From Ectothiorhodospiraceae bacterium (GTDB lineage: Bacteria; Pseudomonadota; Gammaproteobacteria; SZUA-152): a stretch of DNA of 64,000 nucleotides. Below the pieces are notes generated by a model that did not search any database, had not been told where the DNA came from, and saw only the letters and a list, made by a program, of their open reading frames with translations. Shown one piece after another: positions 11,601 to 23,450 of the stretch. Positions within the stretch are counted from its first letter, which is position 1. Every line of letters starts with the position of its first letter. The position numbers were made by a program, and so were the translations under genes. The DNA is taken from positions 11,249 through 75,248 of the forward strand of contig NVUB02000027.1 in NCBI GenBank assembly GCA_002401775.2. Reading direction: 5' to 3'.

Positions 11601-13188
11601 CGAATTGCGTTATTGCAAAACCGGAGTGGCCCTCATTTCACCCCCGCCGCATCACGATATTTATTCCATCGAAGATCTGGCGCAACTCATCTATGACCTC
11701 AAGCAGGTCAATCCTGATGGACTGGTCTCGGTGAAACTGGTCGCCGAAGCCGGTGTTGGCACTATTGCCGCCGGTGTCGCCAAGGCCTACGCTGATTTGA
11801 TCACCATTTCCGGTTACGATGGCGGCACCGCAGCCAGCCCCCTCGCCTCTGTGAAGTACGCTGGCAGCCCGTGGGAACTGGGACTCACCGAGACCCACCA
11901 AATCCTGCGCGCCAACAACTTACGTGGCAAAATTCGCTTACAAACAGACGGTGGTCTGAAGACTGGCCTGGACGTGGTGAAAGCCGCGATCCTCGGTGCT
12001 GAAAGTTTCGGCTTTGGCACCGGCCCCATGGTCGCCATGGGCTGTAAGTTCTTGCGCATCTGTCACCTGAATAACTGCGCCACCGGTGTGGCAACACAGG
12101 ACAACGTACTGCGTAGCAAATACTTCATCGGCGAAGTCGACATGGTCACTAACTATTTCCGCTTCATCACCGAAGAAGCTCGTGAACTCATGGCGGGTTT
12201 GGGTGTGCGCACGCTGAACGAACTCATTGGTCGCACTGATTTGCTGGAAGCCATTAAAGGCTCTACCAACAAGCAACAACGCCTTGATCTGTCACCGATA
12301 CTGTCTGACGGTGGTGTACCCGCCGACAAGCCACAATATTGCATCACGCCAAAGAACGAGCCTTTTGATAAAGGTGAATTGGCCGAGCAAATGGTGGCTG
12401 ACGCATTGTCCGCGATTGAAAATAAAACCGGTGGTGATTTCAGCTACGCGGTAAAAAATATCGACCGCTCCATCGGCGCGCGCCTCTCGGGTGAGATCGC
12501 CGTGCGCCACGGTAATCTAGGAATGGAAGATAATCCTATCCACCTTCAGCTCACCGGTTCTTCCGGCCAGAGCTTTGGGGTGTGGAATGCGGGCGGCCTG
12601 AATATGAGCCTGGAAGGCGATGCCAACGATTATGTCGGCAAAGGTATGGCAGGCGGCAAGTTGAGCATCTATCCTCCCAAAGGCAGTGTCTTCAAATCCC
12701 ACGAGACGACGATTATTGGTAACACCTGTCTCTACGGGGCGACGGGCGGCAAATTATTTGCTGCGGGCCTAGCTGGTGAACGCTTCGCCGTTCGTAACTC
12801 CGGCGCCCACACCGTGGTTGAAGGCATCGGCGACCACGGCTGCGAATACATGACCGGCGGTTTTGTCACCGTACTGGGGCCGACAGGCGTTAACTTCGGT
12901 GCCGGTATGACCGGCGGTTTTGCCTATGTGCTGGATCAGGACAACAGTTTTGTCGACAAACACAACCACGAACTCATCGAAATCCGTCGTGTTAACGTCG
13001 AAGAAATGGATTCCCACGCGACACATCTGCGTGAAACCATTCAGGAATTTGTGGAAGAAACCGGCAGCGAATGGGGACAACATATCCTCGACAACTTCGC
13101 GGACTTGGTCGGCAAATTCTGGCTGGTAAAACCCAAGGCGGCTGAAATGACCACCCTGATTGAAGACCTGCAAAGTAGAGCAGCTTAA
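8689..13188 (+). CDS. gltB: glutamate synthase large subunit
   Basis: [13 protein letters not shown] amidotransferase Cys near the N-terminus and about 1500 aa colinear with GltB. The GTG 8689 start is preferred over the upstream TTG 8587 of the ORF track. Confidence 0.97.
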   Translation: MKKAANQPPNTDSLYRPSFEKDNCGFGLIAQMDNKASHWLLETAIGALARLTHRGAVAADGKTGDGCGLLMKKPDGFLRLCADELGFKLADNYAVGMIFLNNDDALANFARQQLETELRAEGLEVLGWRTVPTDTSACGEEALISLPLIEQIFVNAPAGMDTTTFEQHLYIARRRCEKAIEANTSSGTDEVFYVLTLSSRVISYKGLVMPEFLPVFYQDLKDPRMETAVAVFHQRFSTNTWPQWRLAQPFRYIAHNGEINTIEGNRNWSVARGHKFESPTLPMDDVRPLVSMTGSDSNSMDNMLEALLAGGMDIFRAMRLLVPPAWQNVTNMNADLRAFYEYNSMHMEPWDGPAGIVMTDGRYAACSTDRNGLRPARWVITKDRHITLASEVGVYDYKPEDVVAKGRLKPGQMLAADTETGKLLLPEDVDAMLQGRQPYKKWLSEGAKRITTALNGETCGLPMDSDTLDTYQKLFQVSFEERDQVLRVLAEAGQEAIGSMGDDTPMPVLSRKVRSLYDYFRQQFAQVTNPPIDPIREQIVMSLETCFGREMNMFEESPTHANRLLMNSPVLSTTKFEQLTRLDCADYANIRIDLHYDESATLEDAIKDITDQAVAAVNAGKVILVLSDRDIVAGRIPMHALLATGAVHHRLIREGLRCDANIVVETGTARDPHHMAVLIGYGATAVYPYLAYACIQDMQNTGEITDKDCANLMHKYRMGINKGLFKVTSKMGISTISSYRGAQLFESVGLHQDVVDLCFSGTTNRLQGTHFEDMDTDQRTLAKLAWNPRKNIDQGGLLKFVHGGEEHAYNPDVVQALQRAVKSGDQAAYDEYATMVNERPTLALRDMLRLRTGQAGITPVSIDDVEPMSEIVKRFDSAAMSLGALSPEAHETLAMAMNHLGARSNSGEGGEDPKRYGTNKRSKIKQVASGRFGVTPAYLRSAEVMQIKVAQGAKPGEGGQLPGQKVNELIAELRYCKTGVALISPPPHHDIYSIEDLAQLIYDLKQVNPDGLVSVKLVAEAGVGTIAAGVAKAYADLITISGYDGGTAASPLASVKYAGSPWELGLTETHQILRANNLRGKIRLQTDGGLKTGLDVVKAAILGAESFGFGTGPMVAMGCKFLRICHLNNCATGVATQDNVLRSKYFIGEVDMVTNYFRFITEEARELMAGLGVRTLNELIGRTDLLEAIKGSTNKQQRLDLSPILSDGGVPADKPQYCITPKNEPFDKGELAEQMVADALSAIENKTGGDFSYAVKNIDRSIGARLSGEIAVRHGNLGMEDNPIHLQLTGSSGQSFGVWNAGGLNMSLEGDANDYVGKGMAGGKLSIYPPKGSVFKSHETTIIGNTCLYGATGGKLFAAGLAGERFAVRNSGAHTVVEGIGDHGCEYMTGGFVTVLGPTGVNFGAGMTGGFAYVLDQDNSFVDKHNHELIEIRRVNVEEMDSHATHLRETIQEFVEETGSEWGQHILDNFADLVGKFWLVKPKAAEMTTLIEDLQSRAA

Positions 13189-13203
13189 AAAGAAACGTAA
13201 AAA

Positions 13204-13280
13204 GTAGGTTGGGGTGAGCAACGCGAACCCCAACGAATTAACGCACAATGTTGGGGTTCGCTACGCTCACCCCAACCTAC
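13204..13280. repeat. REP-like inverted repeat in gltB-gltD spacer
   Basis: gtaggttggggtgagcaacgcgaaccccaac (13204-13234) pairs with gttggggttcgctacgctcaccccaacctac (13250-13280). About 28 of 31 positions are complementary. Confidence 0.75.
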
Positions 13281-13287
13281 ACACTAG

Positions 13288-14706
<1,419 letters not shown>

Positions 14707-14720
14707 ATTTACGAGGAGAT

Positions 14721-14997
14721 AACGCAAAGGACGCAAAGGCGCAGAGAACGCAAAGATTTTATTACATCCCTGTTAACAGAACGTAACAAAACCTAACAAA
14801 ACTCAGTTTGAGGTTAAATGTTGCCATTTAATAACCGATTCTGTTGTTGTAGGGTGGGCACCGCCCACCAATTGTGCCTTATTCCCGGCATTAATGGTGG
14901 GCGGTGCCCACCCTACACTAAGAAACTAAGTTTTCTTTAAGGCATGTTTTATGATGTATATTCTTTGCGACCTTTGCGTCTTTGCGGCCTTTGCGTT
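14721..14997. repeat. composite BIME-like palindromic element
   Basis: The outer arms are aacgcaaaggacgcaaaggcgcagagaacgcaaag (14721-) and ctttgcgacctttgcgtctttgcggcctttgcgtt (-14997). The inner arms are a perfect 21-bp inverted repeat: gtagggtgggcaccgcccacc (14849-14869) and ggtgggcggtgcccaccctac (14896-14916). Confidence 0.75.
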
Positions 14998-15011
14998 TAC
15001 AACACAAAAAT

Positions 15012-16088
15012 ATGACAAAACTAAAAAATGATCGATTCTTACGCGCACTAAACCGCGAACCCGTAGACGTCACTCCTGTGTGGATGATGCGCCAGGCCGG
15101 ACGCTATTTACCGGAGTACCGTGCTACCCGCAAAAAAGCGGGCAGTTTCATGGATCTGTGCCGCAATGCCGAACTGGCTTGTGAAGTCACCCTCCAGCCT
15201 TTGGAGCGCTACCCTCTGGATGCGGCAATTTTATTCTCCGACATTCTCACTATTCCAGATGCCATGGGCTTGGGCCTGACCTTCAATACCGGCCACGGCC
15301 CACAGTTTGACCGTCCTGTGCGCTCTGCCGCAGACGTAAAAGCCCTGCCGATCCCTGATCCCGAAGGTGAGTTACAGTATGTAATGAACGCCGTACGCAC
15401 CATCCGCAAAGAACTGGATGGCCGCGTACCGTTGATTGGTTTTTCAGGCAGCCCGTGGACACTGGCCACCTACATGGTAGAAGGCGGTGGCACCAAAGAA
15501 TACGGCTATATCAAAGGTATGCTCTTCGATCAGCCTAAAACACTTCACCTGTTGCTGGACAAACTCGCAAAATCCGTCATTTTGTATCTCAATGGACAAA
15601 TTGCCGCTGGCGCACAGTGCGTGCAAATTTTTGATACCTGGGGCGGCGTACTCACCCCCCGTGACTATCAAGAGTTCTCGTTGAACTACATGCAGCAAAT
15701 CGTCGATGGTCTGACCCGCAATGCGGATGGCCGCAAAGTCCCGGTGATTCTCTTCACCAAGGGTGGCGGGCGGTGGTTGGATAAAATGGCCGCGACCGGG
15801 GCTGATTGCCTCGGCGTTGACTGGACCATTGACCTTGACGATGCCCGGACTATGGTTTCTAAAAACGGCCGGCAACAAATCGCCCTGCAAGGCAACATGG
15901 ACCCCTGCATTCTCTACTCTAACCCTGAACGCATCCGCGAAGAGGTTGCTAAGGTACTGGCTAGCTACGGCAAGGGCAATGGCCACATTTTCAATCTGGG
16001 CCACGGCATTCACCCTAAAATCGACCCGGAAAATGTCGGCGCATTCATTAATGCCGTGCATGAATTGAGTGCCCAGTACCACCAATAA
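15012..16088 (+). CDS. hemE: uroporphyrinogen decarboxylase
   Basis: [16 protein letters not shown] signature near the N-terminus, 358 aa from ATG 15012. Confidence 0.97.
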   Translation: MTKLKNDRFLRALNREPVDVTPVWMMRQAGRYLPEYRATRKKAGSFMDLCRNAELACEVTLQPLERYPLDAAILFSDILTIPDAMGLGLTFNTGHGPQFDRPVRSAADVKALPIPDPEGELQYVMNAVRTIRKELDGRVPLIGFSGSPWTLATYMVEGGGTKEYGYIKGMLFDQPKTLHLLLDKLAKSVILYLNGQIAAGAQCVQIFDTWGGVLTPRDYQEFSLNYMQQIVDGLTRNADGRKVPVILFTKGGGRWLDKMAATGADCLGVDWTIDLDDARTMVSKNGRQQIALQGNMDPCILYSNPERIREEVAKVLASYGKGNGHIFNLGHGIHPKIDPENVGAFINAVHELSAQYHQ

Positions 16089-16115
16089 CCATCTCCATAC
16101 CAAGCAATATAACTG

Positions 16116-16149
16116 AAGGCGTATAGGGATTTCCCTGCACGCCTTTTTT
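16116..16149 (+). terminator. rho-independent terminator after hemE
   Basis: Stem aaggcgt / acgcctt followed by tttt. Confidence 0.7.
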
Positions 16150-16218
16150 GTAAGTTCTGGTATTGTTCACCATCGGTTAATAAATGGTAATAAGCATAGA
16201 TTTAACGAGGATGTAGCA

Positions 16219-16533
16219 ATGATAATATCTAACCTTGAATTGATTCCCGGAAAACGCGTCACCAAACATTTAGGGCTTGTGCAGGGCAGCACGGTTCGTT
16301 CAAAGCATGTGGGGCGAGATTTTATGGCGGGCCTGAAGAATATCTTTGGCGGTGAGCTCAAAGGGTATACTGAGCTATTGCAAGATGCCCGCGAAGAAGC
16401 CGTATCCAGAATGACGGAACAGGCAAGTTCCATCGGCGCCAATGCGATACTCAATGTTCGCTTCTCCACGTCCTCAATTACGTCAGGCGCCGCCGAACTG
16501 TTCGCCTACGGTAGCGCGGTCATCATGGAGTAA
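16219..16533 (+). CDS. YbjQ family (UPF0145) protein
   Basis: 104 aa, LGLVQGSTVRSKHVGRDFMAGLKNIFGGELKGYTELL...ANAILNVRF, the typical YbjQ pattern. Confidence 0.85.
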   Translation: MIISNLELIPGKRVTKHLGLVQGSTVRSKHVGRDFMAGLKNIFGGELKGYTELLQDAREEAVSRMTEQASSIGANAILNVRFSTSSITSGAAELFAYGSAVIME

Positions 16534-16538
16534 GTGTC

Positions 16539-17009
16539 ATGTTTGATTTCATTGTATTTTTAGTCTTACTCGCACTTGGATATGGCTTTGGCCAGTATTT
16601 TGAACGTCGCCATTACCAGTCAATTCGCGAACGCGAACAAGAATTGAAAGACATTCTCATTATTCAGACCAAAATTATTCCCCGAGATTACACCAACCAT
16701 CATGACACATTTATTGTTAACGGTAGTGTTGTCATCTCTGTCGATTATTTTAAGCGATTCGTCGCGGGACTGAAAAATCTCGTTGGCGGCCGCATCACAC
16801 CTTATGAAACCTTACTCGACAGAGCGCGTCGAGAAGCGATACTGCGCATGAAAGAAGAAGCTCATGCTTCCGGCGCCAAAGTCATACTCAACGTAAAGTA
16901 TGAAATCTGCTCTATATACAAGGGACGTCGTAATCAAATTGGTTCCGTAGAAGCACTTGCCTATGGCACCGCCTTCCAGGCGACCAAGCAAACACTTGGG
17001 GGAAGCTAA
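16539..17009 (+). CDS. membrane-anchored YbjQ-domain protein
   Basis: N-terminal TM helix (FDFIVFLVLLALGYGFG) followed by a YbjQ-like core (FVAGLKNLVGGRITPYETLLDRARREAILRMKEEA). It starts 5 nt after the previous gene. Confidence 0.75.
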   Translation: MFDFIVFLVLLALGYGFGQYFERRHYQSIREREQELKDILIIQTKIIPRDYTNHHDTFIVNGSVVISVDYFKRFVAGLKNLVGGRITPYETLLDRARREAILRMKEEAHASGAKVILNVKYEICSIYKGRRNQIGSVEALAYGTAFQATKQTLGGS

Positions 17010-17080
17010 CACTGGACGTTTCAAATCCATTACCACGGGAAGATATCAACATTACTAAAACACACCCACTGAAAGAGTTT

Positions 17081-17899
17081 ATGCTGTTAAGTGGTGGCGT
17101 TTTATTGGTCATTGTTATTATCGTATTAAGTTTAAGTGTCGCCGCCGACAAACTTATCCAGTACATCCCCTTTGAAACCGAACTATCGTTGGTCCGCACA
17201 GTTGACATTGACACCCCTGCCGTCAGCACCGGTATAACACCCGACTACCTGCAAGCTCTGGCCGATGATTTAAGCCAACAAATGAACCTGCCGGAAGGTA
17301 TGGTTATTAGCATATCTATCGTTAACAGTGAGACCGTAAACGCCTTTGCCACACTGGGTGGCAATATCGTGTTTTTTACCGGGCTGCTAGACATTATTCC
17401 CGATGAAAATACCCTCGCAATGGTCATGGCACATGAAATAGCCCATATTAAATTGCGTCATCCCCTGCGCGCCCTTGGCCGGGGTGTTGTCGTTGGTGTT
17501 GCCATCGCTACAGTAGCGGGTGTTGCCGGTAATGATATCGTCGCTAAGTTGGTCGGTGACACCAGTTTGCTCACCACACTCAATTTTAGCAGAGACCAGG
17601 AAAGTGCGGCAGACAGCCTTGCCGTTGCGGCATTGGCCAAACACTACGGCCATATCAATGGAGCCTCGCAATTGTTTGATGTATTACATCAAGGCCACGA
17701 GGAAGGCAGCTATTCAACACCTGAATTTCTGACCACTCACCCACTGAATAAAAACCGTACAACGGCCTTAAAAGTGCTTGCTCAGCAAAATGGATGGCCT
17801 GTGAATGGGAATGTCAGCGCTATACCGGAACGTGTCAGAAATGATATAAAGGGTCTTCTTACGAAATTGACCACTAAAAATACTGACAGTAAACCGTAA
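17081..17899 (+). CDS. M48 family metallopeptidase
   Basis: N-terminal TM segment and the zinc motif MAHEIAHIKLRH (HExxH). Confidence 0.85.
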   Translation: MLLSGGVLLVIVIIVLSLSVAADKLIQYIPFETELSLVRTVDIDTPAVSTGITPDYLQALADDLSQQMNLPEGMVISISIVNSETVNAFATLGGNIVFFTGLLDIIPDENTLAMVMAHEIAHIKLRHPLRALGRGVVVGVAIATVAGVAGNDIVAKLVGDTSLLTTLNFSRDQESAADSLAVAALAKHYGHINGASQLFDVLHQGHEEGSYSTPEFLTTHPLNKNRTTALKVLAQQNGWPVNGNVSAIPERVRNDIKGLLTKLTTKNTDSKP

Positions 17900-18056
17900 A
17901 GCATTCCCGAAGCATTCCATTGCAATACATTATTTTCACAACCGTATGCATTCCCACGCGGAACGTACAAACGAGATATTGTAGGGGTGCCCCTTCAGTA
18001 TGAATATAGTTAATTGTGGTGTTACTAATAAATCACTAGAAAGCAAGAAGTAACGC

Positions 18057-18716
18057 ATGGATAACCTGACACTGATAATAGGCAATAAAAACTACTCATC
18101 GTGGTCTCTTAGACCCTGGGTATTCATGCGACAAAACAATATTGAATTCACTGAAAAAAGAGTTGCATTATTTACTGAAACCACCGATGAAGCGCTTTCA
18201 CAATACGGCTCCGACAGCAAAGTCCCGGTATTAAAAGACGGTAATGTTGTCGTGTGGGATTCTTTGGCCATTCTCGAACACCTCTCAGAAAAACACCTGA
18301 ATTCCACGGGCTGGCCCCTTGACCCTGAAGCCCGTGCTTTCGCGAGATCCATAAGTTGTGAAATGCACTCCAGTTTTTCTAACATGAGAAATGAACTCCC
18401 CATGAACTGCCGCAAGGAATTTCATGACCGGGTACTTTCTTCCGACGCCGAACGGGAAATTGACAGAATAAAATCACTTTGGGTGCAATGTCGATCTCAA
18501 TTCGGAAAAGACGGAGAATGGCTATTTGGACAATACTCCATCGCCGACGCCATGTTTGCGCCTATCGCACTGCGCTTTATTGGTTATAACATCCCTCTCA
18601 CTGGTGAGGAAAAATCTTACGTCAATAGCGTAGTAAACCAGCCCTGCATTATCGAATGGATAGCGTCCGGAAAAGCAGAAACAGAAATCATCGAAGAAGA
18701 CGAAATAACACCCTAA
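18057..18716 (+). CDS. glutathione S-transferase family protein
   Basis: 219 aa. LIIGNKNYSSWSLRPW N-terminus and a thioredoxin-like N-domain (VPVLKDGNVVVWDSLAILEHL), typical of YfcF-like GSTs. Confidence 0.85.
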   Translation: MDNLTLIIGNKNYSSWSLRPWVFMRQNNIEFTEKRVALFTETTDEALSQYGSDSKVPVLKDGNVVVWDSLAILEHLSEKHLNSTGWPLDPEARAFARSISCEMHSSFSNMRNELPMNCRKEFHDRVLSSDAEREIDRIKSLWVQCRSQFGKDGEWLFGQYSIADAMFAPIALRFIGYNIPLTGEEKSYVNSVVNQPCIIEWIASGKAETEIIEEDEITP

Positions 18717-18811
18717 AATTTCGACCGCGATGAGCTATTGTCTCATTGAGGCGCTAACAAAGAGCGGCGTTCATACAAATGATGTTTATTATAAAAAGAA
18801 ACTGATTTTCT

Positions 18812-19135
18812 CTAGGTCAGAGATAAGCGAGCCTCTAAAAAATATGCGGTACGCTGAATAAATCGCCAAATTCGGTTCACATCAGCGCCAAACGCAAAAG
18901 ATCCTTTACTGGTAATCACCTGACACCACAGCGATACATCCCGTATCAGCACTAGCGGCATCCCCCATAAACACTCCACATTACTAGCAGTAAGCACCAG
19001 GGATAATCCCGCTAATACAAAAATATTACTTCCAATAATGCGAAACTTAAAGTTACCATAGAGCGTCCTTAACGTTGAGCTGAATGCAACCGACACATAA
19101 AACGGCCTTGACACCGCCTGATAATGATTCATCAA
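18812..19135 (-). CDS. hypothetical protein (weak call)
   Basis: 107-aa ORF with hydrophobic stretches, and the only sizeable ORF in a 500-bp gap. No family resemblance was recognised. Confidence 0.25.
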   Translation of the reverse strand: MMNHYQAVSRPFYVSVAFSSTLRTLYGNFKFRIIGSNIFVLAGLSLVLTASNVECLWGMPLVLIRDVSLWCQVITSKGSFAFGADVNRIWRFIQRTAYFLEARLSLT

Positions 19136-19234
19136 AAAAATAATTCAGCTAACAACTACATATTATTATCTGTCATTTTTTCCGTATGGTTATGTATACG
19201 CACATAGGGTGACATAAGACCAGGGAAGAGAAAA

Positions 19235-22200
19235 ATGCAAGCCTCGAGACCGTACTTATCACTACTCAACTATGTGTTTTTATTCTCACTGGCTTTCATT
19301 TTAACCGGGTGCGGCGCAGGATCTGATAGTAACACTGGCAATGGCGGCAACAATCCCTCCATCGAAATACCATCGCCAAATGAACCGCGAGTTTCCAATA
19401 GCGCAATATTCGCTGATGCCGGGAAAATCATTGCCGTTCGCGTAACGGAAAGTGTCACCCTGGATGGCAGCGCATCCAGCACTTCATTATCAGCGCCGTT
19501 AATTTTTGACTGGTCTTTCCTTGCCATACCCGAAACCAGCTTGGTTGAGTTGTCCAATGAGACCACCGCCAACCCAGTCTTTATTCCTGATGTCGCCGGC
19601 ACTTACACGGTACAACTCATCGTCAGTGCCGGCGGTCTGGTCAGTCAACGCGCCATTGCTTTCATCGAAGTCACCGTTAACGGACATTCCACAGGTACAC
19701 GGGTACACACCAGTTTTCCTGCCCGATGCGCTGATTGCCACGATGGCCGGTTTGCCCAAGGTGATGGGCCCATTGATCCTATTCCCCCGAAATCAGGCGA
19801 TCATATCGCTACCAGCAATGCCTGTGAGGCCTGTCATACCACGTTTGGGTTTGAGCAGATTCAATTTGTCGATCATCTTGCGGTATTTGGTGTTTGCAGC
19901 AGTTGTCACGATGGCGAAACCGCCATTGGTAAATCTGAATTCCATATAGAGACATCGGCCGAATGTGACGACTGCCACACCACCTCCGGATTTCTAACCT
20001 TAAATATCGATGGCAACTTTGATCACACCGGTATTACACGCGGCTGTGATACCTGTCATAACGGCATCACCGCTATTGGTAAAAACGAAGGCCACTTTGT
20101 CACCGATGCGGAATGTAGTGCCTGCCATAACACCAGCAACTTCAAAGACGCCTTTGTCGACCACAGCACCATCACGGAAAATTGCGCAAGCTGCCACGAT
20201 GGTACAACCGCAACCGGCCAAACCATCGGCCACCCTGAAATGTCCGTCGATTGTGGCATTTGCCACAGCACCAGCATCTTTAGTCTCGACGGCGTATTCA
20301 ATCACCGAGTGGTTGATGCCAGCGTACAGCCCTGTGAAGACTGCCATACCGACAGCAACAGCATTAGCGCCCGTGGCAAGGCGGCAGCGGTCAACCATCC
20401 CCCAACAACTGCCGACTGCGGCGTATGCCATGGCGTCGGCGGCGGGAATTTTGCAGACGGTATTTTCGACCACACCGGCATCGTCAATAATTGCAACAAA
20501 TGCCACGGTGATGCCGGAAATGGTTCAGGGCTGGGTAAATCCATCACTCACATACCGACGAGTGCCGATTGCAGTGTTTGCCACACCGTTGGCACCTTCA
20601 CGACCGGGTTCTTTACTCATAACTCGGAAATCGTCGACCCCGTTAGCTGCACAAGCTGCCATGACGGCACCTTCACCCTCGGTCTGACAGAAAACCACTT
20701 ACCCACCACAGAAGATTGTCGCCTCTGCCACCTCAACACAGACACCTTCACCGATGCGACGTTTGACCACGCTGGGGTAGATACCCGTAATTGCTCCGTA
20801 TGCCACAACGGCGATATCAGCACCGGCAAGAACACCAACCATCTGCCGACAATCCGCGACTGTTCCGACTGCCACAACAGCAGTCAATTCACCGATTTCA
20901 AAGGCGCGAGCTTTGACCATCAAGACACAGACACTATTTGTGCGTCGTGCCATGACGGCATCATTGCTATCGACAAAACCGCAGACCACATCCCGGCACA
21001 AAAAGAATGCAGCCAATGCCATACCGACACCACCACCGGCGGCTTTGCCATGTCCATCTTTATGGACGACGTTCACCCTGGGCTTTCCAGTGGTTGTGAA
21101 GGCTGCCACACCCTTCGCTTCTTTGCCGATACACCGACGGCTCTCAAGTCAACCAACCACATACCCACGAGCCAGGACTGCCGTGTGTGTCATACCAATA
21201 CTGCCTTCAGCCCCAATATATTTGATCACACCGGCATTACCGGTAATTGCACCTCCTGCCATGACGGTAATTTTGTTGACCCCGCTGGCGCGCTCGGCAT
21301 AACGCCTGATCACCTCGTCACAACAGAAGATTGCGGACTGTGCCACGGCATCGGAGCCAACTTCACTGATGGCGTGTTTGACCATACGGGCATCGTTGAT
21401 AGCTGCTCTGATTGTCATGGCGACAACGGTACAGGCGCCATCACCAAGAAAAATGCCGGTCATGTCCCCACTACACAGGATTGCAGCGTCTGCCACGTCG
21501 TTGGTACTTTTGCCACGGCGGTATTTGACCATGTTGGCATTGTCGATAATTGCACTGCCTGTCACGACGGCTCTATCGCCATTGCTACGGTCAAAAACAT
21601 CAGCCACATCCCCACCACAGAAGACTGTTCGGTATGCCATAACACCACCGTTTTTGCCGGAGCAAAGTTTGATCACACCGGCATTTTGAACAACTGCGCC
21701 ACTTGCCACGACGGGAATACCACCATCGGCAAAGACGGCTCACATGTCCCCACCAACGACGATTGCAACGTGTGCCATCAAACCACCGGCTTTATCCCCG
21801 CCACATTTGATCACACCGGCATCGTCGACAACTGCCAATCCTGTCACGATGGCACACTCGCGCAAGGCAAAGGCAACAACCATGTGCAAACCACCGCAGA
21901 CTGTGGTCTCTGCCATACTCCCACAGGCTTCGTACCCGCTACCTTTGACCACAGCGCCATCTCCAACAATACACGCTGTGATTCTTGCCACGGCGTAACC
22001 GCCACCGGTACGGATGCAAAAACCAACCCACCTCACATTCCCACCAGCTTGGATTGTCGCTCCTGCCACACCACCGCAACCTTCGCAGGCGGCACCTGGA
22101 CACACGATTCCAGCAGTACAGGCCGCTGTGATAGCTGCCATAACAATACCGGTGGCGGCGCAACGCCCAAGCCCACTCGCGGCCACATTTCAACAAACCT

Positions 22201-22507
22201 GCAATGTGACGATTGCCATACCACCAACGCCTGGGCACCCACTAGCTTCAACCATGACCCCAGCGGAAATTACCCAGGCGACCACAGAAAGAAACTGGCC
22301 TGCGGCGCATGCCACGGTAATGTCGTCACCACGCCGTTTGCTTACCCCTTTAGCCAGTACGCCCCCTTCTGCGCAGCGTGCCACAAAAATGATTTTGAAC
22401 GGGAAGGCGACCACATCGGCGGGAAAAATGGCTCCGTGGCACAAAACAAAGATTGCAGCGGCGGAGGCAGAGGCTGCCATCGAGTCAGTGATAGAAATTT
22501 TGATTAA
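19235..22507 (+). CDS. multiheme c-type cytochrome lipoprotein (36 CxxCH motifs) with N-terminal PKD/Ig-like domain
   Basis: Lipobox FILTG-C at aa 22-26. A PKD-like segment lies at about aa 60-147 (VTLDGSASS...FDWSF...AGTYTVQLIV). I counted 36 CxxCH motifs by hand from aa 165 to about 1050, arranged in alternating di-heme units. Confidence 0.9.
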   Translation: MQASRPYLSLLNYVFLFSLAFILTGCGAGSDSNTGNGGNNPSIEIPSPNEPRVSNSAIFADAGKIIAVRVTESVTLDGSASSTSLSAPLIFDWSFLAIPETSLVELSNETTANPVFIPDVAGTYTVQLIVSAGGLVSQRAIAFIEVTVNGHSTGTRVHTSFPARCADCHDGRFAQGDGPIDPIPPKSGDHIATSNACEACHTTFGFEQIQFVDHLAVFGVCSSCHDGETAIGKSEFHIETSAECDDCHTTSGFLTLNIDGNFDHTGITRGCDTCHNGITAIGKNEGHFVTDAECSACHNTSNFKDAFVDHSTITENCASCHDGTTATGQTIGHPEMSVDCGICHSTSIFSLDGVFNHRVVDASVQPCEDCHTDSNSISARGKAAAVNHPPTTADCGVCHGVGGGNFADGIFDHTGIVNNCNKCHGDAGNGSGLGKSITHIPTSADCSVCHTVGTFTTGFFTHNSEIVDPVSCTSCHDGTFTLGLTENHLPTTEDCRLCHLNTDTFTDATFDHAGVDTRNCSVCHNGDISTGKNTNHLPTIRDCSDCHNSSQFTDFKGASFDHQDTDTICASCHDGIIAIDKTADHIPAQKECSQCHTDTTTGGFAMSIFMDDVHPGLSSGCEGCHTLRFFADTPTALKSTNHIPTSQDCRVCHTNTAFSPNIFDHTGITGNCTSCHDGNFVDPAGALGITPDHLVTTEDCGLCHGIGANFTDGVFDHTGIVDSCSDCHGDNGTGAITKKNAGHVPTTQDCSVCHVVGTFATAVFDHVGIVDNCTACHDGSIAIATVKNISHIPTTEDCSVCHNTTVFAGAKFDHTGILNNCATCHDGNTTIGKDGSHVPTNDDCNVCHQTTGFIPATFDHTGIVDNCQSCHDGTLAQGKGNNHVQTTADCGLCHTPTGFVPATFDHSAISNNTRCDSCHGVTATGTDAKTNPPHIPTSLDCRSCHTTATFAGGTWTHDSSSTGRCDSCHNNTGGGATPKPTRGHISTNLQCDDCHTTNAWAPTSFNHDPSGNYPGDHRKKLACGACHGNVVTTPFAYPFSQYAPFCAACHKNDFEREGDHIGGKNGSVAQNKDCSGGGRGCHRVSDRNFD

Positions 22508-22623
22508 TACTACGGGTTCATTAGTAAATACAGAGATCCAAACCTCTCCCTAAATGGGAGAGGGAGCATTCTTTGACTTTTTGGTACAATACGACACCTT
22601 CACCGACTTAAGTTGTCATTGCC

Positions 22624-23400
22624 ATGTTAATTGTTATATCTCCCGCCAAAACGCTGGACTACGAAACACCGCCAAAAACCAAGATATCGACGCTGCCAGA
22701 CTACCTGGAAAGCGCCGAGGAACTGGTCCATCGCCTGCGCGACTTATCGTCGCTCGACATCAGCGAATTAATGAAAGTCAGCACCAAAATTGCCGACCTT
22801 AATTTTGATCGCTACGAGGCATGGGACAAAAAATTCACCCCCCAAAATGCCAAGCAATCCGTACTGGCGTTTAAAGGCGATGTTTACACCGGTCTGGATG
22901 CTGAAACGTTTACTGCTGCTGATTTCAAATTCGCACAAAAACACCTGCGCGTACTGTCTGGTTTGTACGGCCTGCTCCGGCCACTGGATTTAATGCAAGC
23001 CTACCGCCTGGAAATGGGCACCCGGCTGAATACCGAGCACGGCAAAAATCTGTACGAATTCTGGGGGACCACCATAACCGAAGGTTTGAACACACAGCTC
23101 AAAAAGCTTAAATCAGATCGCCTGATTAACCTGGCATCCAATGAATATTTCAAGTCAGTAAAACCAAAAACCTTAAATGCCGAGATCATTACCCCCGCCT
23201 TCAAAGAATTCAAAAATGGCGAATACAAGATGATTAGTTTTTTTGCCAAAAAGGCACGCGGGATGTTGAGCCGCTACATCATCAAAAACCAGCTCTCCAA
23301 TCCAGAAGACATCAAAGAGTTCGACGACGATAATTACAAATTCAACAAAAAACTATCGAAGGGAAACAGCTGGGTCTTTACTCGCAAAACCAACGCTTAA
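22624..23400 (+). CDS. yaaA: peroxide stress protein YaaA (DUF328)
   Basis: MLIVISPAKTLDYETPP N-terminus and the KGDVYTGLDA motif, 258 aa. Confidence 0.9.
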   Translation: MLIVISPAKTLDYETPPKTKISTLPDYLESAEELVHRLRDLSSLDISELMKVSTKIADLNFDRYEAWDKKFTPQNAKQSVLAFKGDVYTGLDAETFTAADFKFAQKHLRVLSGLYGLLRPLDLMQAYRLEMGTRLNTEHGKNLYEFWGTTITEGLNTQLKKLKSDRLINLASNEYFKSVKPKTLNAEIITPAFKEFKNGEYKMISFFAKKARGMLSRYIIKNQLSNPEDIKEFDDDNYKFNKKLSKGNSWVFTRKTNA

Positions 23401-23450
23401 AAAATATTCATTCTTCCAAGACAGAAATGAATAAAAGGTAAGACAAACAC

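Noticed and set aside
19270-22480. Many 60-225-aa ORFs overlapping the cytochrome gene on both strands (for example 20010-20687 and 20000-20506)
   Set aside because: These are shadow frames of a repetitive, GC-balanced gene. They are low-complexity Ala/Thr/Pro/Val strings without starts or SD sequences, and they are fully contained in a strongly supported CDS. The same holds for antisense ORFs inside gltB, pilQ and the protease gene.
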